Below the pieces are notes generated by a model, which was not told the origin of the DNA, ran no database searches, and saw nothing but the letters and a program-made list of their open reading frames with translations. This document shows, piece after piece, positions 27,328 through 37,307 of a DNA stretch of 64,000 bases (its first letter is position 1; every line of letters begins with the position of its first letter). The position numbers and the translations under genes were made by a program. The stretch is from positions 159,016 to 223,015 of the IMG/VR virus record IMGVR_UViG_3300021511_000003, one strand, 5' to 3'.

Positions 27328-27858
27328 ATGTCAACTGTTGTTGGTATTGTTAATAATGGTAAGGTCTGGATGGGTGCAGATAGTTTTGCAACAACAATTG
27401 ATGGTGAACGTAGGCGAACTGTTTGTAACAAATTATTTATAAATGGACCATATCTTTTCGGTCATACTGGTAGTGTAAGACCTGGTCAAGTTTTAAGACG
27501 ACAATTTTTTACACCACCGAAAAATGTGTTAGAATTACCAGACTGTATTCGTGACCATTTAAAAAAAAAGGAGTGTCTTATAATTAATCCTGATACTCAA
27601 ACTCAGTTGTTAGAGGGCAATTTTTTGATTGCAACTAATCATGGGAAATTGTATGAATTTCTTTCTGATTTTCAAATGAATGAAGTTATAGATCATACTG
27701 CAATTGGATCTGGTGCACCCTTTTCTTTGGGTTCATTATATACAACCAGGAAAGTTTATAACAATACTCATAGACTTAAAGTAGCGCTTCATGCTGCTGC
27801 GGTATATGATCTTCATACAGGACCACCATTTATTATCAAAGAATTTCTTGAAGATTAA
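27328..27858 (+). CDS. Ntn-hydrolase (HslV/proteasome beta-like) peptidase
   Basis: MSTVVG...GADS...GHTGS...AIGSG. Confidence 0.65.
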   Translation: MSTVVGIVNNGKVWMGADSFATTIDGERRRTVCNKLFINGPYLFGHTGSVRPGQVLRRQFFTPPKNVLELPDCIRDHLKKKECLIINPDTQTQLLEGNFLIATNHGKLYEFLSDFQMNEVIDHTAIGSGAPFSLGSLYTTRKVYNNTHRLKVALHAAAVYDLHTGPPFIIKEFLED

Positions 27859-27877
27859 AAATATATTTGGCTATACA

Positions 27878-27916
27878 TCATTGAGTAGAAAATATTTAAC
27901 TGGTTCTACTCAATGA
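27878..27916. terminator. 13-bp perfect inverted repeat
   Basis: TCATTGAGTAGAA / TTCTACTCAATGA between genes. Confidence 0.5.
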
Positions 27917-28016
27917 TTACTTCCAACTGTATGTGTTATAGGAAACTGTGAAAATATAGGATATTATGTATAACATTAAGAACAAAGAATAAATACAAAC
28001 CAATACATTGGGGGGA

Positions 28017-29426
28017 ATGATGGCTAGAAGTGGTTACGTTTTAGCGGGTTTCGAAACATTAGCAACAATATTGAAATTATTTACCGACGGTAAACGCGGG
28101 AGATGGAATGATAACTTTACAAAAGAAAGCGTCTCTAATTTTTTATCTGAGACATGTTCTGGGTTTTTACATTCATATGGTCAAAATTTTCCAAACAAAA
28201 AGAAATATGATACATATAATTTAACTGAAGCAAATATGTTTAAAAAGTGTAGAGATTGGGGATTTTTTGATAAATGTAATTTTATTGTTGATAGTGGTGG
28301 TTTTCAAATTTCAACAGGTAGATTAACAAGACGAGAATCTGATTTACTTTTTCATATGTATTATGAATTTTTAGAAGAGTATCATGAAGTATATAATAGA
28401 GCTTTTATTTTAGATATCCCGCCAGGACCTGGTTGTGAAATATTTCATAATTTTGATGATGTATATAAACAAAATCTTGATTCATATGAAATAGCAAGAA
28501 ACATGCCTGAGCATGTAAAGAAAAAAATAATTTATATTCACCATTTTAGAACTCCCAAATTATGGGAAATATATACAAAAATTTTAAAAGATGGTGAGAT
28601 GTTTCCAGAATTTGAATATCACGGTACAGGTGGTATTGTAGCAAATATGTCAAGTGATATGTCAATACCGTGTATCATTTATGTCCTTCCTTTAATACCT
28701 CTTATTAATCAAGCAATTAAATATGGTAGAAATTATCTTAATTTTCATGTATTGGGTGGTGCAAATTTTAGAGATGTTTTATTTTATGAACTATTTAGAA
28801 TTACAATGAAAAAGAAACATAATTTTGATTTGAATATGACTTATGATTCATCTGGACCTTATAAACAGGTAATGCACGCTCGCTTTTTACATGCTAAAGA
28901 TGATAACGGTTATATAAGAAAAATGAGTATTAAACCAAATGATATGGACAAGAGATTTTGGGATGGACGAACAGTTGAACAACATTATCAGCATTTGTTG
29001 AACGATTTAGCAGACAGATGGGGATTTAAAAGGATTTTTACTGATACCGTATATGGTATGTATTTGAATAGATCAAAAGTATATACTGAAACTTTCCATG
29101 CTGATGTTAAGGCATATTCAATTTTATATGCATTAGATATTTATTGTGAAATCCACAATCAGATGAAAAAATTTGCAAATAAAGTATATCCAGTTTATGA
29201 ATCTGGTGATTTAGAAGAATTTTATGAAGAATGTTTTGAAATAACCCGAATTATTAATCAAGGAAAATTAACGAAAAAACAAAAAATTAAATCATTCAGT
29301 ATCCCAAAATCTTTGGATATGCTTGGTGATTTGGATGAAGAATACTGTAAATACTTGATAACAAAATATTTAGCAAAGGATGAATTTATTGAACTAAATG
29401 ATAAAACTAGGGTACTCACTATATGA
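28017..29426 (+). CDS. TGT-fold (DpdA-like) guanine transglycosylase
   Basis: IVDSGGFQ, AFILDIPP, FHVLG, YDSS in TGT order; queE nearby. Confidence 0.65.
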   Translation: MMARSGYVLAGFETLATILKLFTDGKRGRWNDNFTKESVSNFLSETCSGFLHSYGQNFPNKKKYDTYNLTEANMFKKCRDWGFFDKCNFIVDSGGFQISTGRLTRRESDLLFHMYYEFLEEYHEVYNRAFILDIPPGPGCEIFHNFDDVYKQNLDSYEIARNMPEHVKKKIIYIHHFRTPKLWEIYTKILKDGEMFPEFEYHGTGGIVANMSSDMSIPCIIYVLPLIPLINQAIKYGRNYLNFHVLGGANFRDVLFYELFRITMKKKHNFDLNMTYDSSGPYKQVMHARFLHAKDDNGYIRKMSIKPNDMDKRFWDGRTVEQHYQHLLNDLADRWGFKRIFTDTVYGMYLNRSKVYTETFHADVKAYSILYALDIYCEIHNQMKKFANKVYPVYESGDLEEFYEECFEITRIINQGKLTKKQKIKSFSIPKSLDMLGDLDEEYCKYLITKYLAKDEFIELNDKTRVLTI

Positions 29427-29629
29427 TAGAAGAAAGATATAATAAGGTTAAAAAATGTTTGATAAGATTAAATAAAGGTGAAGAATGGTGTAAGAAATGT
29501 GAAGGTAGTGGGAGTATTATATATAAAAGAGGGACAGGAATGTTTATAGACGGGTGTTCTCTTATATGTAACAGATGTAAGGGTGATGGAAAGGTGGATT
29601 GGCTTGAAAAAGCAATAGGAAAAAAATAG
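29423..29629 (+). CDS. small CxxCxGxG zinc-finger protein
   Basis: CKKCEGSG, CNRCKGDG. Confidence 0.55.
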   Translation: MIEERYNKVKKCLIRLNKGEEWCKKCEGSGSIIYKRGTGMFIDGCSLICNRCKGDGKVDWLEKAIGKK

Positions 29630-29865
29630 AGAAATACATCTTGAAGAAAGTGACATGATATGTATTCAATGCCATGGTACTGGGTTATATGTAACGTTTT
29701 ATAATAGCGGTGAAGATATTTGGCTATAGTATAGTAAAAAATGGCAGACAAAGAAGATAAAGAAATCCTGGTATCCTTACAAAACCATTCAGAACAAACA
29801 TATAAAATAGAAATCGTAAACATGCTAAACAGTTAAAGTTTTGAGTGAAATAGAGGGGGTAATTT

Positions 29866-31374
29866 TTGATAACAGAATCATTTCTTAATTCATGTTTTTC
29901 CTTAATATTGAATAAAAATTCGAATGTTAAAAGAACTGGAGCTTTGTATCGTGATGTTCTTGATGTTTTAAATTTTACTGATTCAAGAGAAACATATGAA
30001 ATACCATTACCAGTTAAAAGTAAATTGGAGTTTTTGAAAAAAATAACAGAAATGTTAATTGGTGGTAAAACTCCTGAAAGTGTTAGAGATAGTATATCAT
30101 TAAGTGAAAAATTTAAACAGCATCAAGATTTTTTAGATTTAAAAGTTACAGAAGACTTAAATGAAAATATGTTTCAAGATTTTTTACGTCAACTTAGAAT
30201 CCGAAAAAAAATCGGAGCATTATTTCAAAATTATGATGAACTAAACCATGTATTAGAGTCAATAAAAGATGGGTCATTTGATTCAATTGATGATTTAGTT
30301 GATGATTATGAAGTTACAATCAAAACTCTTTATACCAATATGATGGAAAGTAATAGAGCAGTAACAATTGAGTCTGCTGCTTCTCTTGATTTAGCAAAAG
30401 ATGATTATTCATCTGTAGTTGAAATGATTACTAAAAAATATGAGAAAACAAATAAAACATCAAGCGGGTTTATACTACTTGATGAACCAGAATATTTAAA
30501 TGGTGGTTATGAACCATCAAGATTATATATATGGGGTGGTGGCTCAGGAGCAGGTAAATCAACTATGTTGAATAATTCAATATACAGAGCTGCTTTAAGC
30601 CATCAAAACCTTACAGTTGATGGAACATCAAAACCACCAGTAGCAGGTGAAATTCATAATGTATATCTTTATGTAACTTTAGAAAATACAATTGAAGAAG
30701 CCTTAATGAGAACATATCAACCAATGTTTAATGTATCTATACCTCAAATGCTTACACAGATTAAAGAAGGTATTAATATTGGTTCTACAATTCAAAGTGA
30801 ATTAGCAAAAAATAGTTCTACAATTATTATGAAATATTTCCCAGCAATGAGTATTAGTACACTCGATTTGATGGGTGTTGTTGATGAAGCTATTGAAATG
30901 TATGGTGTTGATTCTATTAGAGGTTTGTATATTGATTATCTTGATTTATTAAAAACTGATATGAGATATGATGTTTATAGAATGGAGTTGGGTCATATTA
31001 CATTATCCCTTAAAACATTAGCTGTTCAGTATAACATTCCTGTAATTACAGCAACTCAGCTTGCAAGGCGTGTATATAACATTCAAGAGTCAAGAGAATT
31101 AAATCTTGATCAAATGTCTGAATCTATTAAAAAAGTTGAACATGCTGACTTTGTTGGTTTATTGGGTAAAGATAGTAATGATAATTCAATAGTTCATGGA
31201 AAAATTGGAAAAAATAGAGCTGGTAAAAGTAATGTATCATTAGAATTTCAAGTCGATTTTTCTAAATTCAAATTTACGGATGCTTCAGTTGTTGCAAATA
31301 AATCTAAAGCAGATGCAACCGATAGTCTTCATATTTTAACAACATCATTTAATGGACTTGATTCACAATTTTAA
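29866..31374 (+). CDS. replicative helicase (DnaB/gp41-like)
   Basis: Walker A GGSGAGKS, YIDYLDL, ITATQL, KNRAG. Confidence 0.88.
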   Translation: MITESFLNSCFSLILNKNSNVKRTGALYRDVLDVLNFTDSRETYEIPLPVKSKLEFLKKITEMLIGGKTPESVRDSISLSEKFKQHQDFLDLKVTEDLNENMFQDFLRQLRIRKKIGALFQNYDELNHVLESIKDGSFDSIDDLVDDYEVTIKTLYTNMMESNRAVTIESAASLDLAKDDYSSVVEMITKKYEKTNKTSSGFILLDEPEYLNGGYEPSRLYIWGGGSGAGKSTMLNNSIYRAALSHQNLTVDGTSKPPVAGEIHNVYLYVTLENTIEEALMRTYQPMFNVSIPQMLTQIKEGINIGSTIQSELAKNSSTIIMKYFPAMSISTLDLMGVVDEAIEMYGVDSIRGLYIDYLDLLKTDMRYDVYRMELGHITLSLKTLAVQYNIPVITATQLARRVYNIQESRELNLDQMSESIKKVEHADFVGLLGKDSNDNSIVHGKIGKNRAGKSNVSLEFQVDFSKFKFTDASVVANKSKADATDSLHILTTSFNGLDSQF

Positions 31375-31472
31375 GTTGGAATCTTAAAATATTATACACC
31401 CCAGATTAGAACATAATATTAAACATGAAAATGTTATTAAAATATATATTTTTATCCTTAGGAGGAAAAACA

Positions 31473-32468
31473 ATGAGTACGAAAAAAACTTATATGAGTT
31501 TGCTAAAAGAAGCTATTGCTGAATTTGATACCAGTGATAGTGTTGATGTTAAAGGACCGATGTTAGACCCGATCTTATCGTGGGATGGTGATGGTGAGCT
31601 CCCAACAAATAAAGATGCCGCTAGTATTCTCGAAAGGTATTATTTCAACGAAAATAAAGATAATGGTATTGAAACTGTTGAAGAGGTTCATGAATCTAAA
31701 TATCAGAATGACAAAGGATCTTCAGCAGGTGATTCAATGAAACATACTGATGGTGCAGGTACTGAACAAGCTGGCACAAGTGATGCAAAAACAATTCCAG
31801 CTTCAAAAACTGAAAAAGCAAAAGATATTGCAAAAGAAGATATTCAACTTGAAGATGATGATAAAGATGATGATAAAGATACTGATGAAAAAGAAGTCGA
31901 AGAGTCAGAAGAATTAGAAATGGAAAATGCAATTATAGAAAAACTCATTGCAGAGATGGAAGAAGAAGACGAAGAAGAAGAGGAAGAAGATGACAAAAAA
32001 TCTGAAGTTGAAGAAGCTGAAATTATGACTCAAACAGGTTCTGGTCCAAAAACAAATGCTCCAAAAGAAAAGAAAGCAACAGGATCAGAAGACGATACAA
32101 AAGGTGCTGGTACTGAACAAGCTGGTACTGGAACAGCTGCTGGTGAAATCCCACCTCGTAAAGACCAAGCTGACAAAATGGTTAAACCAAAAAACTACAC
32201 AGATGAAAATGCTATGATTGAAGCAGCTCTTGCGGAATTGGAACAAGAAATTGCTGAGCAAGCTGATGTTGATGTTGATGTTGATGTTGATGATGATGAT
32301 GAAAAAGAACTTGATGTAGATAAAGAACTGACAAAAGAACAATCCCCACCTCCAAGCGCAGTTCCAGGTGGTCCTGGTCCAAAAGACAAAGGCGACGATA
32401 AAGATGATGATGAGGCTGCTTATTCGGAGGCCTTCAAACTTTTCAAAGATGCAATTGATGCTGAATAA
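31473..32468 (+). CDS. acidic prohead core/scaffold-like protein
   Basis: Very D/E-rich, GAGTEQAGT duplicated, precedes portal. Confidence 0.5.
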   Translation: MSTKKTYMSLLKEAIAEFDTSDSVDVKGPMLDPILSWDGDGELPTNKDAASILERYYFNENKDNGIETVEEVHESKYQNDKGSSAGDSMKHTDGAGTEQAGTSDAKTIPASKTEKAKDIAKEDIQLEDDDKDDDKDTDEKEVEESEELEMENAIIEKLIAEMEEEDEEEEEEDDKKSEVEEAEIMTQTGSGPKTNAPKEKKATGSEDDTKGAGTEQAGTGTAAGEIPPRKDQADKMVKPKNYTDENAMIEAALAELEQEIAEQADVDVDVDVDDDDEKELDVDKELTKEQSPPPSAVPGGPGPKDKGDDKDDDEAAYSEAFKLFKDAIDAE

Positions 32469-32476
32469 ATAAAATA

Positions 32477-32512
32477 AAGAAGAAAGTAGAAGAATATCTC
32501 TACTTTCTTCTT
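32477..32512 (+). terminator. intrinsic terminator-like hairpin
   Basis: AAGAAGAAAGTAGA / TCTACTTTCTTCTT followed by T-run. Confidence 0.6.
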
Positions 32513-32517
32513 TTCCA

Positions 32518-32850
32518 ATGAAAGGTGAAAATATGGAAAATGTTTTGACATATCGAGTGAAAGTATTTACAAAAAATGCTTTTATTATTTTTCGAGGAAA
32601 AAGGATACGAACACCAGTTGATTGTTATGGTGTATTTGATCATGAACTTCCATTATTAAAATTACAGATGTCAAAAGATGCCTTAAAATTTAGTATCACT
32701 AAAGAGTCAGTTATAAAAGAAACAATAATTGAACCGTTAGTTATTGAAAAATGTGATGAAGATGTAAAAATTGAAGAATTATATGATCCAGATATTGAAA
32801 ATAATTCAATTATGGATAGATTATTATCAGATGAAAAGGCAAGAAAATAA
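32518..32850 (+). CDS. hypothetical protein
   Basis: Contiguous co-oriented ORF. Confidence 0.55.
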   Translation: MKGENMENVLTYRVKVFTKNAFIIFRGKRIRTPVDCYGVFDHELPLLKLQMSKDALKFSITKESVIKETIIEPLVIEKCDEDVKIEELYDPDIENNSIMDRLLSDEKARK

Positions 32851-33128
32851 TGATGAAAATAACTATACATCAAAGTGAGTCAGGAGATATTGAAGTTTAT
32901 GATGATAGTGATGACTCTATTGACCAATGTTGTGATCGCTTGACAGAATTGATGAAAATGGGAAATATTGCTATCCTTAAAACATCTACATCTCATGTAG
33001 TTCTTAGACCAAGTAAGATTGTTAGCATTAGAGTTGAAGATAGTCCAAATTCTCAAGATGTAATTCAACCTGAAGAATCACTTGATAAAGAACCAGTAGA
33101 GGATATTATAACTGATGTTGACGCATAA
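32850..33128 (+). CDS. hypothetical protein
   Basis: Stop/start overlap with previous ORF. Confidence 0.55.
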   Translation: MMKITIHQSESGDIEVYDDSDDSIDQCCDRLTELMKMGNIAILKTSTSHVVLRPSKIVSIRVEDSPNSQDVIQPEESLDKEPVEDIITDVDA

Positions 33129-33549
33129 TATATTAGTGTTAATTGAAATAATTATATTTGCTGGATGTTTTATATTTGGACTTAAATCTATCCTTAATTT
33201 TTTAAAACATAAACAAATTATAATAAATTTTGCTGATTATACTGCTGTATTACAGTATTATATGGACAAGGGATATGATATGATCCATAAAGATCGTATA
33301 CTTGTTTATTCTCTTGAGGCAACAAAAGTACCAGAGGAAAAAATTAATGTAGTTTCAAGAGATTTTATTACATTGGTTGAAAAACTTTTAGGACCAAGAC
33401 TTCGTAGCGAAATTATATTTCTTTGTGGAAATTATGAAACATTTGTATTTGTTTTGGTAGAATATTTTAGTACTAGATATGAAAACGATGCAATAAGAAG
33501 AGATTCAGTTAGTGAGATGATGGAGTCTGGTTCCCATTTGGAGACATAA
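33115..33549 (+). CDS. hypothetical protein with N-terminal TM helix
   Basis: ILVLIEIIIFAGCFIFGL. Confidence 0.55.
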   Translation: MLTHNILVLIEIIIFAGCFIFGLKSILNFLKHKQIIINFADYTAVLQYYMDKGYDMIHKDRILVYSLEATKVPEEKINVVSRDFITLVEKLLGPRLRSEIIFLCGNYETFVFVLVEYFSTRYENDAIRRDSVSEMMESGSHLET

Positions 33550-33550
33550 A

Positions 33551-33793
33551 ATGGATTTATTAGATGAATATCTCAATATTTTAAATGAAAAACCGAAGAG
33601 GACTACTAGATCGACTATTTCTCGTAATACAAAAATTAAACGTGCAACTGGTCAGATGGGTACAGCAATGGCGAGAAAAAAGAATGATCCTATATATAAG
33701 AGAATGATTTATTTTCGTGATAATTATTTCAAATATAGAGAAATGATAAGAAAAAAATATTCGCCAAGAGTTAGATCTAGAGCAAGGAGATAG
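33551..33793 (+). CDS. small basic protein (possibly DNA-binding head protein)
   Basis: K/R-rich; ends in TAG. Confidence 0.55.
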   Translation: MDLLDEYLNILNEKPKRTTRSTISRNTKIKRATGQMGTAMARKKNDPIYKRMIYFRDNYFKYREMIRKKYSPRVRSRARR

Positions 33794-33804
33794 GAGGATG
33801 TGTT

Positions 33805-33972
33805 ATGGCATTGGAATATAAAGTTATAACAATTGAAGATTTTTCAGATGATACAGAAACAAAAGCCCTTCTTGATGTACAAGGAGCGGATGACTGGGAA
33901 TTGGTACAGGCAACATTTTCTCCTGATGCAAATACCGGAAAGGCAACTGCATTATGCATCTTTAAGAAATAA
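33805..33972 (+). CDS. small DUF4177-like protein
   Basis: Not in ORF track. MALEYKVITI...GADDWELVQ...ALCIFKK; RBS GGAGG. Confidence 0.55.
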   Translation: MALEYKVITIEDFSDDTETKALLDVQGADDWELVQATFSPDANTGKATALCIFKK

Positions 33973-33998
33973 AAGAGAATTAATATAGGAGATAAAAT

Positions 33999-35933
33999 AT
34001 GGCGGGTATTAATAATATACTCAATAAACTAAAAACTACAATAGTCCAGACACAAACAAAAAAAATTGATGCAAAACTGGATCAAGCTGTTAAGGATATT
34101 GTTTCATACCGGAGTCATTCGGGTAGAAATGGTTATATTGAGTTAGTCCGTAGTTTAATTTCAAAAACTGCTGATGTTAAGATCTCCGGTTCTGGTGGTG
34201 GTCTTTTTTCTCAAGGCACAACACCTACAGCATTTGGTCAAGGTGCAAGAATATCAAGATATAAATCATATCAAGCAACAATTTCTATGATTAACTATGC
34301 TATACGTGCATTAAATGTACTTGTTGATAATATTCTTTCACCTGATGATATTACAAAACAAGCTCTTGAAATAAAACCAAAACTATTTTTAAGTGATGAT
34401 ACATCGGTCGCTTCAAAAGTTAGATATGTAAAAGAAGTAATTAAAGAGGTAGATCTTGAAAGACGTCTTGATTTGATTGTTAGAAACACACTTTTATTTG
34501 GAGATCTATTTTGTGAAGTTGGTGGACCCAAGGCAGCTTTAACAAGTCAAACTCTTTTATCAGAAGGACGTCAATATCAACAAACAATTAAAGAACAATA
34601 TGAATTAGGATTAAGAGAAAAAATAGTTCATAAAGTTGGTAAAGAAGGTACCCTTGAGTTTAATATGGATTATACCTCTTTACAGGAGGCATTAGTTGAT
34701 CCAAAACCTGATACCAAAAAACAAAAGAAAAAATCAAAACGATTGTCAAATCTTCATTTAATATTTCACGATGCACAATTTGTAGTTAAACTTCAAAGTT
34801 CAATGTTTCCTATGTGTTTTGGATATTTAATCTTTCCTGTTAGAACAGTCATGGCTGGTTCAACTCTTGCGGATGATGCAATAAATAATATATGTATTTC
34901 CATTATAAAAAGTTTACAACAAAAAATACCCCAAATGGCAGATTTTAAAGATGATAAAGAATTAAAAGATATTATTAGTGCTCTTGTTAGTAATGCAGAT
35001 TTAAATAAAGCTATGGATATTAGATATTTGCCGCCGGATAAAATGGTTCATTTTTATGTACCAACAACTAAATATCATCCGTATGGCGAATCAATATTCG
35101 ATAGTACACAATTCACTTCAAAAGTTTTAGCATCTTTGGAAACGGCATTAGCAGTTCAAAGAATATCACGTTCAACAGAAAAACGTAAAATTGCGATTGA
35201 AATTGGATTACCACGTGATGCTCGTAAAGCAATTGAGGCTATGAAAGAGGAATTTCGTAAAAGGAAAGTTAGTCTTGATAGTTTCGGAAGTGTTGATACT
35301 ATTCCAAGTATGATTACAACATTTGAAGATGTTTATATTCCACAAAAAGATGGTAAACCGTTTGTTGATATTTCTACATTCAATGAAGGTAATGTAGATG
35401 TTAGAAGTAAAGTTGATGAATTAAAATTTTTAAGGGACCAAATGGTCTCTAGTTTGGGTGTTCCTCCATCCTTTATTGGGATTGAAGAAAACCTTTCAAA
35501 TAAAGGAGCTCTTAGTGAAGAAAATATTCTATTTGCAAGAACTGTTATTGGTCATCAAAAATATTTAACACATCAAATATGTGAGTTAGTACAAAAAATA
35601 TTTGATGTAATTGATCCAGAAGAAGCTCTTACAATCTTAGAGCATGTTGATGTTTCATTGCCTGTACCCAGATCATTACAATTTGAAAGAGAAGCCAGAT
35701 ATATGAATGAACTTTCTACTCTGGTAGAAAATCTTGAACGAATTGGTATTCCTAAAGGGTACTCTACTCGTAAATATTTGTCACAAATTGATTGGGAAGA
35801 AGTCAAAAAATATGAAATTGATGATAAGATTGATAAAATCATCGATCCTTCCAAAAAAGATGATGACGGTATGGGAGGCATGGGCGGAATGGGCGGAATG
35901 GGAGGTGAGGGTGGATTTGGAGGCGGGATATAA
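33999..35933 (+). CDS. portal protein (T4 gp20-like)
   Basis: 644 aa; LETALAVQRISRS...EDVYIP...SSLGVPPSFIG; upstream of protease and MCP. Confidence 0.85.
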   Translation: MAGINNILNKLKTTIVQTQTKKIDAKLDQAVKDIVSYRSHSGRNGYIELVRSLISKTADVKISGSGGGLFSQGTTPTAFGQGARISRYKSYQATISMINYAIRALNVLVDNILSPDDITKQALEIKPKLFLSDDTSVASKVRYVKEVIKEVDLERRLDLIVRNTLLFGDLFCEVGGPKAALTSQTLLSEGRQYQQTIKEQYELGLREKIVHKVGKEGTLEFNMDYTSLQEALVDPKPDTKKQKKKSKRLSNLHLIFHDAQFVVKLQSSMFPMCFGYLIFPVRTVMAGSTLADDAINNICISIIKSLQQKIPQMADFKDDKELKDIISALVSNADLNKAMDIRYLPPDKMVHFYVPTTKYHPYGESIFDSTQFTSKVLASLETALAVQRISRSTEKRKIAIEIGLPRDARKAIEAMKEEFRKRKVSLDSFGSVDTIPSMITTFEDVYIPQKDGKPFVDISTFNEGNVDVRSKVDELKFLRDQMVSSLGVPPSFIGIEENLSNKGALSEENILFARTVIGHQKYLTHQICELVQKIFDVIDPEEALTILEHVDVSLPVPRSLQFEREARYMNELSTLVENLERIGIPKGYSTRKYLSQIDWEEVKKYEIDDKIDKIIDPSKKDDDGMGGMGGMGGMGGEGGFGGGI

Positions 35934-36634
35934 TGCAATATAATACTTTTTTAAAACATTTAAAAAATTTAGTTGAGCAAACTATAACATATACTCCACC
36001 AAATAGACAACGTGATTATCATGATAATTATGATAGATATGTTGATTTTCCTCATGTTGATGATGATCAAACCTATATAACACATCGTTCAATGGAAAAA
36101 ACCGATATTGATGAACAAGACTGGGGTAGTGATTCAAGTCATGCGGCAGGTACACCGCCTCATATAAAAAAATCTATAGCAACAGAACAAGAAACTGAAC
36201 CCGCAATAAAACCGGAAGAAAAGGGTGCAGCAGCTGGTGGTGAAGAAATGCCTGGTATGGATGATAGTACGTTGGGAGCTGATGTTTCTGCTGGTGGAGT
36301 TCCGGGTATGGATGTAGGAATGGGCGCTGGAATGGGCACTGGAATGGGCGAACCACTAGTAAAGTTAACTTCAACAGAAGTCGGTAGAGTATATGAACTC
36401 AAAAAGATTTATTCCAGACTTTCATCAGTTGAATCATATTTATCAAGAGCAACAGATCAATCAATATTAGAATTGAGAAAATATGTTGCTCAGTCAATTG
36501 ATTTATTTGAAATTGTAATGGCAAATTATGATCAATTTAAAGAGAACGTTGATGAGATTATAATTCAATATTATGAGTTTTTGGATGTTATATATAGTTC
36601 TCTAAGAAAATTCTATAAAGATATTAGGAGTTAA
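35933..36634 (+). CDS. hypothetical head-region protein with Gly/Met-rich linker
   Basis: Between portal and protease. Confidence 0.6.
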   Translation: MQYNTFLKHLKNLVEQTITYTPPNRQRDYHDNYDRYVDFPHVDDDQTYITHRSMEKTDIDEQDWGSDSSHAAGTPPHIKKSIATEQETEPAIKPEEKGAAAGGEEMPGMDDSTLGADVSAGGVPGMDVGMGAGMGTGMGEPLVKLTSTEVGRVYELKKIYSRLSSVESYLSRATDQSILELRKYVAQSIDLFEIVMANYDQFKENVDEIIIQYYEFLDVIYSSLRKFYKDIRS

Positions 36635-36638
36635 AAAA

Positions 36639-37307
36639 ATGACAGGACCAAATTTAATAATGGAACAAGCTCTTTTTTCTGAGGCAAAAGTTTTAAAGAG
36701 TACACCAACAAAAGCTATATTCTCGTGTCCTATACAATCTGTTGATGAAGTTAACCAAAACCATAGACTATACCCAAGTTCTGTTTTACAGGAAGGTATG
36801 GGTAATTGTGATTCGAGAATGAAGAGAAGAGCTTTTTATTCTGAACTTGATCATCCTTTTCCTTCTGGTGTAGACGCTGTAGATGGTATTAGACAGACCA
36901 CTGTTTCTCTTGAAAAGGTATCACATATTTTAAGAAGCTATGACTTTAAAGGAAAACAATTAGTCGGAGAAATGGAAACAACCAGTACACCCAATGGTAA
37001 TATTCTTTGTGGTCTTTTAAGGGATAAAACAGGTGTTGGTTTTAGTATGAGAGGTCTTGCTGAACTTGAAAGAGGTCAAGATCATAATGTTGTTAAATCT
37101 CCTCTTACTATTATTGCATTTGATGCAGTTTCTATGCCATCACATAAATCAGCAGTTGTTGATTTCAATGAAATGAAGTTTGAAAGTAATATGTTATTTG
37201 AAAGTAAAAGTGGTGTCGTATGTGTCAATGGTAAATGTTTTATGCCTAACTACTTTGACAAACTAGTCGAAACTAAGATGGTTACTTTTTTTGATAGGTG
37301 GGTATAA
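36639..37307 (+). CDS. prohead protease (T4 gp21-like)
   Basis: ELDHP and VGFSMRGL motifs, FDAVSMPS. Confidence 0.88.
   Translation: MTGPNLIMEQALFSEAKVLKSTPTKAIFSCPIQSVDEVNQNHRLYPSSVLQEGMGNCDSRMKRRAFYSELDHPFPSGVDAVDGIRQTTVSLEKVSHILRSYDFKGKQLVGEMETTSTPNGNILCGLLRDKTGVGFSMRGLAELERGQDHNVVKSPLTIIAFDAVSMPSHKSAVVDFNEMKFESNMLFESKSGVVCVNGKCFMPNYFDKLVETKMVTFFDRWV

Noticed and set aside
35870-36350. GGM/GM repeats as GroEL-like tails
   Set aside because: They lie in portal and head proteins as low-complexity linkers; no chaperonin motifs.
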